Source: a virus | Reading direction: 5' to 3' (one strand) | Virus record (IMG/VR): IMGVR_UViG_3300045988_176782 | Coordinates: 103,279-167,278 of that record | Length of the DNA: 64,000 nucleotides | Part shown: one piece after another, positions 39,464 through 46,603 of the stretch | Layout of the letters: every line of letters begins with the position of its first letter | Numbering within the stretch: the first letter of the stretch is position 1 | Program-made: the position numbers and the translations under genes | The notes under the pieces: model-generated | The model's database searches: none | What the model was told of the DNA's origin: nothing | The model's input: only the letters and a program-made list of their open reading frames with translations

Positions 39464-39553
39464 TGGCCCTTAGTTGAATGGTGACAACAGCTGACTCTAA
39501 ATCAGTAAGTGGGGTTGACCCCGCAGGTCTTGGTTCGAATCCAAGAGGGCTAA
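39464..39553 (+). tRNA. suppressor tRNA, anticodon CUA (reads UAG), class II (long variable arm), no encoded CCA
   Basis: Acceptor TGGCCCT/AGGGCTA (U1-A72, G2-U71). D stem GTTG/CAAC. Anticodon stem GCTGA/TCAGT with loop CT-CTA-AA (CTA 39497-99). 22-nt variable region with GGGG-TTGA-CCCC hairpin. T arm CTTGG-TTCGAAT-CCAAG. Discriminator A. Confidence 0.8.
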
Positions 39554-39607
39554 GGTATCAAATGGTCTGCCTTCTCGTGGCGATACTGACTGAAATAACG
39601 AAAGGCC
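39554..39607 (+). ncRNA. HDV-like (theta-type) self-cleaving ribozyme candidate abutting the tRNA 3' end
   Basis: P1 GGTATC/GATACT with G1-U. P2 GGTCT/AGGCC. P3 GCC/GGC with L3 TTCTCGT. J4/2 CGAA. The string ATGGTC..GCCT.CTCG.TGGC is close to the genomic HDV ribozyme. Confidence 0.65.
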
Positions 39608-39700
39608 TTTACAATGAAAGGGAGCATTAGAGTAATTAACTAATGAGTAATGTGCCCCATACACAAGCTTTCATATTGTTTATAATATGGGGTGAATTTT

Positions 39701-40537
39701 ATGGGATATATTTATAAAATTACTAATGATATTAATGGAAAAGTTTATATTGGTAAAACATTAAATACGGTTGAAGCAAGATGGAAAGAACATTGTTATG
39801 ATAAAGACCGGAGAAAAGTAGAAAATCGTCCGCTTTATTAGGCAATGAATAAATATGGTCTTCAGCATTTTTCTATTGAGACTGTAGAAGAATGTAAAAC
39901 TAATTTAGAAGAACGAGAAGTTTATTGGATTAAATATTATAATTCTTATATTGGTTGGCCAAATAGCAATGGTTATAACGCTACTTTAGGTGGAGATGGA
40001 AAACAATATATTAATTATGATATGATTCGTGAATTAGCAAATACAGAAAAAACTTAGGTTGAAATTGCTGCTATTGTTGGATGTAATGTTGATACTGTGG
40101 CAAAAGTTTATTTATAGGATAATCAAGAAAATTATAATTATAATAAACGGATTAGTATCGCTGTTTATCAGAAAGATAAAGATGGTAATATTATTGCAGA
40201 GTATCCAACAATAAAATCCGCCGCAGAAGCAACCTTAACTAGTCCAAGTCATATTGGACAATGTTGTGCTGGGAAACGAAAAACTTGTGGTGGTTATTAT
40301 TGGGAATATGTTAATACTAAAGAAGGTTAGACACGGCGAGCAATTAGTAATTAGCCTAAAGTAAATATCCCGCGTGAAATATTAAAATCATTAATAAGAG
40401 AACATCCTATGGAAGAAATTGGCCGTATATATGAATGTTCTGCAGCATCAATTAGACGATGTTGCGAACGGCTAAATCTTCCACGAACTAAAAAAGAAAT
40501 CAATTCTTATTCTGATGAAGAATGGTTTAAAATATAA
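39701..40537 (+). CDS. GIY-YIG homing endonuclease with C-terminal DNA-binding modules; five in-frame TAG
   Basis: MGYIYKITNDINGKVYIGKT...RPLY*AMNKYG...REVYWIKYYNS...GYNATLGG, then NUMOD/IENR-like CGGYYWEY and an HTH-like tail. ORF 39845-40057 is in the same frame. Confidence 0.8.
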
Positions 40538-40610
40538 AGTTGTTATGGTGTGAAAATCCAACCCATCAAGCCTCTTAATAATGCTCAAACCGATGGGAGT
40601 TTCATAGCTT

Positions 40611-40681
40611 AAGACGCATACAGCCAATTATTAATGTAAGTTTTTATTAGAAATAAAATAATACAAATAATTCGCGTCTTG
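40611..40681 (+). repeat. AAGAC..GTCTT element copy (E1)
   Basis: AAGACGC-ATACAGCCAAT...GCGTCTT-G followed by T-rich sequence. Confidence 0.6.
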
Positions 40682-40708
40682 TATTCATTTTCTTCTTTTC
40701 TTTTTTAA

Positions 40709-40773
40709 AAGACATATACAGCAAAAGATTTTACATCGCATAATAGTTGGCTGATTACCTACAATGTGTCTTG
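40709..40773 (+). repeat. AAGAC..GTCTT element copy (E2)
   Basis: AAGACAT-ATACAGCAAAA...GTGTCTT-G. Confidence 0.6.
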
Positions 40774-40781
40774 AAAAAAAT

Positions 40782-40810
40782 TTGACAAAAATAAAAAATT
40801 AAATTATAAT
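40782..40810 (+). promoter_or_regulatory. promoter TTGACA-N17-TATAAT driving a non-coding transcript
   Basis: -35 at 40782-87, -10 at 40805-10. Confidence 0.7.
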
Positions 40811-40816
40811 AAATCC

Positions 40817-41425
40817 ATAATAAAGAAAAGATATTTTTCTTTACTATATGATACCTCGGTGAAGAGCATTTGGCCAATGTGCCGAGAACAAACGGAAGAT
40901 AGCCAGCTCCATATGATGGATACATTATATGCCTGAGCCGCGAAAACAGTGATGTTTAGCGATAGGAGAAAAGACTCCAATATCAAGTTTGTGTGCTTTG
41001 TATTTCGCAATTTAACGCATAATTTCTCTGGAGAACACAATAGAAAGCAGGATGAATAGTCCTGCCGAATCCAAGGCGCCGTTAGCTGGTGACTGTCGGG
41101 GAAAAGATACGGCCTTGGAAACAACCACAAGTTCTTTTGTGATGAAACACAGAAATGTGATATAACAGAGGTTTGTAGTCTGAGTAGCTCAACACAGCGA
41201 ACAAAAAGATGATACAAATTGGCTATTGTTTCTAATTTGCTGAATGGCTTGGGTGAAAAGTGCGAGTAGTCAATCTCGTTAGAGCGTTGTTTGGATAAAG
41301 AAGTCAAGGAGTAGCTAACTTGGCTCAGCCTTTATCTTCTCTATGGCGGAATAAGATTGAAGAAATCACAAAGTAGGGCGAAGGTCCATCAGTTAGTAGA
41401 GAAAAATATCTTTTCTTTTTTTTAT
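40817..41425 (+). ncRNA. large (about 600 nt) structured RNA closed by a 25-bp terminal helix (ROOL/GOLLD-class candidate)
   Basis: 40822-40846 AAAGAAAAGATATTTTTCTTTACTA pairs with 41394-41418 TAGTAGAGAAAAATATCTTTTCTTT (one mismatch), followed by a T-run. No sense ORF. Many internal helices, e.g. CCAAGGC...GCCTTGG and GCAGGA..TCCTGC. Confidence 0.65.
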
Positions 41426-41442
41426 TTATGAAAGGAGATACT

Positions 41443-41607
41443 ATGTATAGTAGTAGAAGATTCTTTAGTGAAGATGCTTGGGTTGATTTTAATGAATGGC
41501 TTAGGGATTTTCACGGTGAAATTGTAAATGTAAGTCATACAACGGTTCCGATTGGAAGATTTGATTTCTGGATGGATATTGTGGTGGTTTATAAAAATTT
41601 GACATAA
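41443..41607 (+). CDS. small hypothetical protein (54 aa)
   Basis: AAAGGAG RBS; ends inside the next promoter. Confidence 0.4.
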   Translation: MYSSRRFFSEDAWVDFNEWLRDFHGEIVNVSHTTVPIGRFDFWMDIVVVYKNLT

Positions 41608-41626
41608 AAAATAATTACGATATAAT
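41599..41626 (+). promoter_or_regulatory. promoter TTGACA-N16-TATAAT
   Basis: -35 at 41599-604, -10 at 41621-26. Confidence 0.6.
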
Positions 41627-41655
41627 ATAGAAAATTAAGAAAGGAAGTTAAATCT

Positions 41656-41781
41656 ATGGAATGGATTTTAGGAATAGGTTGTTTGGCTTTTTTGTTTGTG
41701 TTGTATAAGCCGAATATTGAAAGAATGATTTACAGCATTAAAGATTGGATTGAGAAAGGAAATAAAGAAAATGACATTTGA
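41656..41781 (+). CDS. small membrane protein (41 aa)
   Basis: AAGGAAG RBS; MEWILGIGCLAFLFVLY. Confidence 0.4.
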   Translation: MEWILGIGCLAFLFVLYKPNIERMIYSIKDWIEKGNKENDI

Positions 41782-42220
41782 AACACTCCAGCAAGAAATG
41801 TATTCTGCTATGAAGTCCGGAGATAAATTTCGTAAAGAAGTTATTTCTGGTCTTATTGCTGACATTAAGCGCGTAGCTATTGATAAAAATTGTCGTGATA
41901 ATATTACTGAAGAAGTCGTAAATACAGTTCTTCTAAAAAGTCGTAAGATGGCACAAGAAATGATTGATACTTGTCCTGAATCTCGTCTTGACCTTCTTGA
42001 ACAATATAAACAAAACGCCGTAATTATGGACGAGTATGTTCCTAAGCTTATTACAGACACAAACGAAATTGCAGCGATTATTAGTCAACTTTTAGTTAAG
42101 TTTAATGTTGAACCTGTCAAAGCTAATATGGGTAAGATTATGAAACTTTGTAAGGAAAACCTTAATGGCAAAGTTGATATGAAAATTGTAAGTAATATTG
42201 TAAAATCTATTTTAGTCTAA
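41771..42220 (+). CDS. GatB/YqeY-domain protein
   Basis: MTFETLQQEMYSAMKSGDKFRKEVISGLIADIKR...ITEEVVNTVLLKS.K...E is the typical YqeY layout. Confidence 0.65.
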   Translation: MTFETLQQEMYSAMKSGDKFRKEVISGLIADIKRVAIDKNCRDNITEEVVNTVLLKSRKMAQEMIDTCPESRLDLLEQYKQNAVIMDEYVPKLITDTNEIAAIISQLLVKFNVEPVKANMGKIMKLCKENLNGKVDMKIVSNIVKSILV

Positions 42221-42236
42221 AGAAAGGAAGAGAAAA

Positions 42237-43565
42237 ATGTCTGAACATGTAGGTTATGTTGTAAAAATTAATTCATTGCGGCCTCATTCTAATGCTGACC
42301 GTCTTCAAATTGCTACTATTTTTGACTCTAATGTTATTGTTAGTCTTGATACCCATCTTGATGACATTGGCGTGTATTTTCCTTCTGATATTCAGCTCTC
42401 TAAGGAATTTTGTAAAGTAAATGACCTTGTTCGTCGTAAAGATGAAAATGGCAATCCTGCAGGTGGCTATCTTGACCCAAATAAGCGTAATATTCGTCCG
42501 TTGAAGTTGCGCGGTGAAAAAAGTGATGGTCTATATCTGCCCATTACTTGTATGATGGAGTTCTGTCCTATTTCTGACCTTAAGGTTGGCGACACTATTG
42601 GTGTTGTAAATGGGCACGAAATTTGTAAGAAGTATATTCCCCATCGCACGAAGGCATACCATTATACTGAAAAAGTAAGGAAGCAAAAGGTTAATTTTGC
42701 TCCTACCTTTTTTGAGCATTGCGATACCGCTCAACTTGCATACAACCTTGAAGCTTTCCGTGCAGGAGATGTTGTAGAGCTAACTCTTAAAATGCACGGG
42801 ACCAGTGCGAGAATGGGCTATCTGCCTTTGCTGCAACCTCGGACTTTGCTAGATAAAATTCTTCGTCGCACTCGCAAAACTTATGGAAATGTTATTGGCA
42901 CTCGCCGCGTTGTATTGGATGAAACTCATACTGGTGGTTTTTATGAGGACAATGCTTTCCGACGCCATATTGCTAAAAAGGTTGAAGGAAAACTCCATCG
43001 TGGAGAAACTATTTATGGAGAAATTGTAGGCTTTCAAGGTCCCAATGGCGCGCCTATTATGTCTTCTGTGAAAAACTCTAAAATTTCCGATAAAGCATTC
43101 ACGAAGCAATATGGTGAAGAAACTGTATTCTCTTATGATTGTAATGCTGCGAATGGTTATGAAGATGAACATCCTTGTTGTGAATTATATGTTTATCGTA
43201 TGACTATGGTAAATGATGACGGCGATGTGGTAGATTACTCTCCTGCGCAAATCCGTTATCGTTGTGAGCAAATGGGAGTTAAAGTTGTTCCTCAATTTGA
43301 AGTATTCGTAATTCCTCAAGATGAACCCCATCCTGGTGAATATGTAGTACGTAAAGTTGAAGAATACTATGACGGTCCTGACCCTATTGGTAAAACCCAT
43401 GTACGCGAAGGCGTTGTTGCTCGTATTTTGAATCGGAATAATTTTGCGGTTTATAAAATGAAGAATTGGAACTTCAAATGCCTTGAGGGTATTGTTAAGG
43501 ATGAAGCGGCAGAACCAGATATGGAAGAAGCGCAAGAAGAACTAGTGGAGGAGCAAACTGAATGA
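42237..43565 (+). CDS. RNA ligase with N-terminal OB/tRNA-binding-like domain (Rnl5-like architecture)
   Basis: N-terminus VVKINSLRPHSNADRLQIATI (tRNA_bind-like). Nucleotidyl-transferase motif I LKMHGTS (KxHG). Confidence 0.65.
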   Translation: MSEHVGYVVKINSLRPHSNADRLQIATIFDSNVIVSLDTHLDDIGVYFPSDIQLSKEFCKVNDLVRRKDENGNPAGGYLDPNKRNIRPLKLRGEKSDGLYLPITCMMEFCPISDLKVGDTIGVVNGHEICKKYIPHRTKAYHYTEKVRKQKVNFAPTFFEHCDTAQLAYNLEAFRAGDVVELTLKMHGTSARMGYLPLLQPRTLLDKILRRTRKTYGNVIGTRRVVLDETHTGGFYEDNAFRRHIAKKVEGKLHRGETIYGEIVGFQGPNGAPIMSSVKNSKISDKAFTKQYGEETVFSYDCNAANGYEDEHPCCELYVYRMTMVNDDGDVVDYSPAQIRYRCEQMGVKVVPQFEVFVIPQDEPHPGEYVVRKVEEYYDGPDPIGKTHVREGVVARILNRNNFAVYKMKNWNFKCLEGIVKDEAAEPDMEEAQEELVEEQTE

Positions 43566-44182
43566 CCTTTAGTTCGCTTTTTACTGGCTCTCTTCTTGCT
43601 GGTATTTTAATCGCTTTAGGAAATATGATGTATGTATGTATTGAGAATAAGATTGTTGCCGCGTTCTTATTCTCAATTGCATTATGCTTTATTAGAATCA
43701 AAGAACTAAATCTATTTACTGGTTCCATTGGGAAACTTTATTTTGATAAAAATTTAAAGATATACCATTTAATTTTTATCCTTTTGTTTAATATCACCGG
43801 CACAGCTATAATGCGTTTAGTGCCAAATTTTCCAGTGGATGTATATGCAATTGCAAGAATGAAATTCCTTGATGTTAGCTTATTGCGAGTTGGTTTTTAT
43901 TCTATTTTTTGCGGTATGTTAATGGTTATTGCTACAGATTCGCTAACTCCTATGTGGCTAACTATTATGTGTGTAGCTGGTTTTTTGCTTGCTGGTTTTA
44001 GACACAGTATTGCTGATAGTTGGTATTTTTGGTATTTACCGTTGGCAAACTACAAGACCGGATTAAAAGTTCTCGGTATTGAAATTTTAGGTAATTTCAT
44101 TGGCGGTTCTTTCATTGCTATTTTTATTAAAGAAAATTTACAAGACAAAGCAAAACCCCTATTAAATATAAAGAATCTTTAA
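43562..44182 (+). CDS. formate/nitrite-transporter (FNT)-like membrane protein, short
   Basis: ELNLFTGS and GFRHSIADSWYF resemble FocA ELFTGN / GFEHSIANM. Multiple TM segments. Confidence 0.45.
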   Translation: MTFSSLFTGSLLAGILIALGNMMYVCIENKIVAAFLFSIALCFIRIKELNLFTGSIGKLYFDKNLKIYHLIFILLFNITGTAIMRLVPNFPVDVYAIARMKFLDVSLLRVGFYSIFCGMLMVIATDSLTPMWLTIMCVAGFLLAGFRHSIADSWYFWYLPLANYKTGLKVLGIEILGNFIGGSFIAIFIKENLQDKAKPLLNIKNL

Positions 44183-44199
44183 TACTTTATTTAGAGAAG

Positions 44200-44230
44200 A
44201 AGACCGAGTTAATGCTCGGTCTTTTATTTA
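44200..44230 (+). terminator. intrinsic terminator
   Basis: AAGACCGAG/CTCGGTCTT hairpin plus T-rich tail. Confidence 0.75.
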
Positions 44231-44244
44231 TAAGGGAGATAGTT

Positions 44245-44439
44245 ATGGATGTTATTACTTATGCTTTATTAAGAAAAATTGAGCAAAGTGGCAGTAGCGG
44301 CGCGCCGGGAAAAAGTGCTTACGAGATTGCCAAAGAGCACGGTTTTTCTGGAACAGAACAAGAATGGTTAGAGAGCTTAAAAGCGGAATCTGACTTAGTT
44401 TTTGCTACTGATGATGACATCAGAGCTATTGTAAAATAA
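44245..44439 (+). CDS. small tail-fibre-motif protein
   Basis: GAPGKSAYEIAKEHGFSGTEQEWLESLKA motif is common in phage fibres. GGGAG RBS. Confidence 0.5.
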   Translation: MDVITYALLRKIEQSGSSGAPGKSAYEIAKEHGFSGTEQEWLESLKAESDLVFATDDDIRAIVK

Positions 44440-44453
44440 AGGAGGTTTTTAAT

Positions 44454-45257
44454 ATGGCAATGATTAAGAACGAAAATGATGGAAAAGTTCTTTTAACTAA
44501 TCATTTAGCCTTATTTTATAATTTAATTAAAGACAAATTCATTAGTCGTGATGAAATTGCAACTACTCAAGATGTTGAAAAATTATTCGCTACCTTACAA
44601 CAACTTAATACTTATGAAAAATTAAATGAAAAATTCCAAGAAGGCGGCGAAATTAAACTAACAAACAATATTATTATTCCCGCTGCGAATACAACAGAAG
44701 AAAGTCGCACAAAAATTACCAAAGATGCTTTTGTAGATTTTGGTAATAATATGGTTTTAGTTCCTGCTGAATTAGGAGGCTCTGATTCCAGTAATTGGGC
44801 AGGCTTATATGCCGATGGAGATAAAATTACTGTTATCCTAAATGGCAATGAAGGCGGTATCGCCACTGCTACAGCGACTGAAAACTTAGATTGTCCTTAT
44901 TGCGTAGGCGTATTAAATGGTGCTACTGTTATTATTAATGGTGGTCATTATAAAGGTTCCGGTAGTGCAATATATGTTCGCAATGGTTCTTGTATTATCA
45001 ATGGCGGTTTCTTTGAAGCCTATCCTTGGCAGAATGGAGTAAATGGTGAACTTAAGCCTTGGACTTTAAATTGTCAAAACGATACTTATAAGAAAGGCCT
45101 AGCTCATATTATTGTCCGCGGCGGCACCTATGTTAATTTTGACCCATCTAATCCTAAGACAGATGATGCAGAAACTTATGTTGATGCAAATTATCAGGTG
45201 GTTTCTGAAACTAAAACCAATGGAGATATTTGGTATTCTGTTGTAAAGAAAAATTGA
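44454..45257 (+). CDS. hypothetical protein (beta-helix-like?)
   Basis: AAGGAGG RBS; repeats INGGHYKG / INGGFFEA / VRGGTYVN. Confidence 0.5.
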   Translation: MAMIKNENDGKVLLTNHLALFYNLIKDKFISRDEIATTQDVEKLFATLQQLNTYEKLNEKFQEGGEIKLTNNIIIPAANTTEESRTKITKDAFVDFGNNMVLVPAELGGSDSSNWAGLYADGDKITVILNGNEGGIATATATENLDCPYCVGVLNGATVIINGGHYKGSGSAIYVRNGSCIINGGFFEAYPWQNGVNGELKPWTLNCQNDTYKKGLAHIIVRGGTYVNFDPSNPKTDDAETYVDANYQVVSETKTNGDIWYSVVKKN

Positions 45258-45282
45258 CTTTTATAAAAAATTCTTTTATAAT
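45254..45282 (+). promoter_or_regulatory. promoter TTGACT-N17-TATAAT
   Basis: -35 at 45254-59, -10 at 45277-82. Confidence 0.7.
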
Positions 45283-45313
45283 ATATACATAAGATGAAGA
45301 AAGGAAAGACGTT

Positions 45314-45631
45314 ATGAAGTTTTTATTATATGATTTGCAAACAGCTTTTGAAGCTGGCGTATCAGAGCATCCACAAGAACAGATGGGTAAATTATTTAAA
45401 GTAATTCATTGTGTTCCGCAATCAATTGGTGAATGCTGGTGGTTTTGTGTTGAAGATTATAATATAAAGCAACTTCCTCCTTATCTTACAGAAATGCGAC
45501 CATACAATCTTACTTATTGGCGAGATGGTTGTTATAAAACTTGCTCTTTTTGGCAAAAAACTAAAGGAGCTTGTTGCCATGGCGGCTGGGACTGTATAAA
45601 TAATTATAAAGAGGTAGAATCCGATGTTTGA
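45314..45631 (+). CDS. Cys/Trp-rich hypothetical protein
   Basis: Intact ORF, GAAAGGAAAG RBS. Confidence 0.5.
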   Translation: MKFLLYDLQTAFEAGVSEHPQEQMGKLFKVIHCVPQSIGECWWFCVEDYNIKQLPPYLTEMRPYNLTYWRDGCYKTCSFWQKTKGACCHGGWDCINNYKEVESDV

Positions 45632-45761
45632 TTTGGATGATTTGTATAAGATTACTTGTGAAGAATATTACAACTATATGGGATTTGATACATATGCTCC
45701 TGATTACGAAGGCGGTTCTACTGAAGAATTTGAATTAAAATTTGACGAAAACGAAAAATAA
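45624..45761 (+). CDS. small acidic protein (45 aa)
   Basis: ATG overlaps the upstream stop; ends inside the next promoter. Confidence 0.35.
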   Translation: MFDLDDLYKITCEEYYNYMGFDTYAPDYEGGSTEEFELKFDENEK

Positions 45762-45770
45762 ATATATAAT
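45742..45770 (+). promoter_or_regulatory. promoter TTGACG-N17-TATAAT driving a tRNA-like transcript
   Basis: -35 at 45742-47, -10 at 45765-70. Confidence 0.65.
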
Positions 45771-45901
45771 ATATTCAGAAAGTGAGAAACGGACAAGGCT
45801 TTGGCAAGTGAAGGAACTTTGATGTAGGAGATGAAAGTCGTTTGAACTAATAAAAAGTTCCTAATAAATTGGTGGGATGCGAGTGGTTTCTTACTTCTTA
45901 T

Positions 45902-46022
45902 GTGGGGTTAGTGTAATGGCAGCACGTTGGTTATAAGTGAGTCTTGGCAAAGAGTCATCAGCAATTATTCTTTCTTGCAGGGAGCCCGAAGGACAGGGTT
46001 CAATTCCCTTGACCCTACACCA
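45902..46022 (+). ncRNA. tRNA-like gene with oversized anticodon/variable region (about 121 nt), encoded CCA
   Basis: Acceptor GTGGGGT/ACCCTAC plus A plus CCA. U8, D arm GTGT-AATGGCA-GCAC. T-arm-like CAGGG-TTCAATTC-CCTTG. About 45 extra nt between the D and T arms; anticodon not assignable. Confidence 0.4.
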
Positions 46023-46067
46023 ACAATCATTTTGCAATTAAAGTAAAAGAAGAAAGGAAATAAGAAT

Positions 46068-46274
46068 ATGTTTGAGTATAAAGTTCGTTTTCGCAATGAA
46101 GATGGTGATATTAGTTTGTCTCATGGTGTAATCGGCGCGAAGTCTTACTCTAAAGCAGCAAAAGAAATTATAGAATATTTCGGTACAGAAATTATCACTA
46201 TGGAACTTTCTGAATTAATGAATCCTTTAGAAGAAGATGGCCTGAAAGGTTTTATGGAGGAAAATTTTGAATGA
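46068..46274 (+). CDS. hypothetical protein
   Basis: Intact ORF with RBS. Confidence 0.5.
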   Translation: MFEYKVRFRNEDGDISLSHGVIGAKSYSKAAKEIIEYFGTEIITMELSELMNPLEEDGLKGFMEENFE

Positions 46275-46603
46275 AAGTAGCAATTCTTGCAGGCAGTCAG
46301 TCTTTTTCTTATGACCAAGGAATATATGACTTTACCATTGAAGAAGTAAATAATATTGAAGAAGCTAATGAAATCGGCGCAGAAATGTCTCGTGATGTAA
46401 TTGATAGTTATCATTGTATTTCTTCTTTAATTGAAGATGCTGCTCATGACGCACAAGAAAATGGTGAAGATTATGATGAAGCATATGAAGATGCTTTACT
46501 ACAAGAACTTTTTTGGGAAGTTTTTGAGTTAAAGGATGACGCGCCAAAATCAATTAAAATTGATGAAGATTATGAAGATTTTCTTAAGAAATGGAGAAAA
46601 TAA
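46271..46603 (+). CDS. highly acidic protein
   Basis: ATGA overlap. Asp/Glu-rich (DAQENGEDYDEAYEDA..., DEDYEDF). Confidence 0.5.
   Translation: MKVAILAGSQSFSYDQGIYDFTIEEVNNIEEANEIGAEMSRDVIDSYHCISSLIEDAAHDAQENGEDYDEAYEDALLQELFWEVFELKDDAPKSIKIDEDYEDFLKKWRK

Noticed and set aside
39554-40610. Group I intron carrying the GIY-YIG ORF.
   Set aside because: The upstream tRNA is complete and the upstream protein gene ends with its own stop, so there are no exon halves to join. The endonuclease looks free-standing, like T4 seg genes.
40804-41307. 167-aa minus-strand ORF.
   Set aside because: It is antisense to a promoter-driven, helix-closed non-coding transcript. It has no RBS and no recognisable motif, and its translation is Ser/Leu/Cys-rich and looks odd. 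I treat it as spurious.
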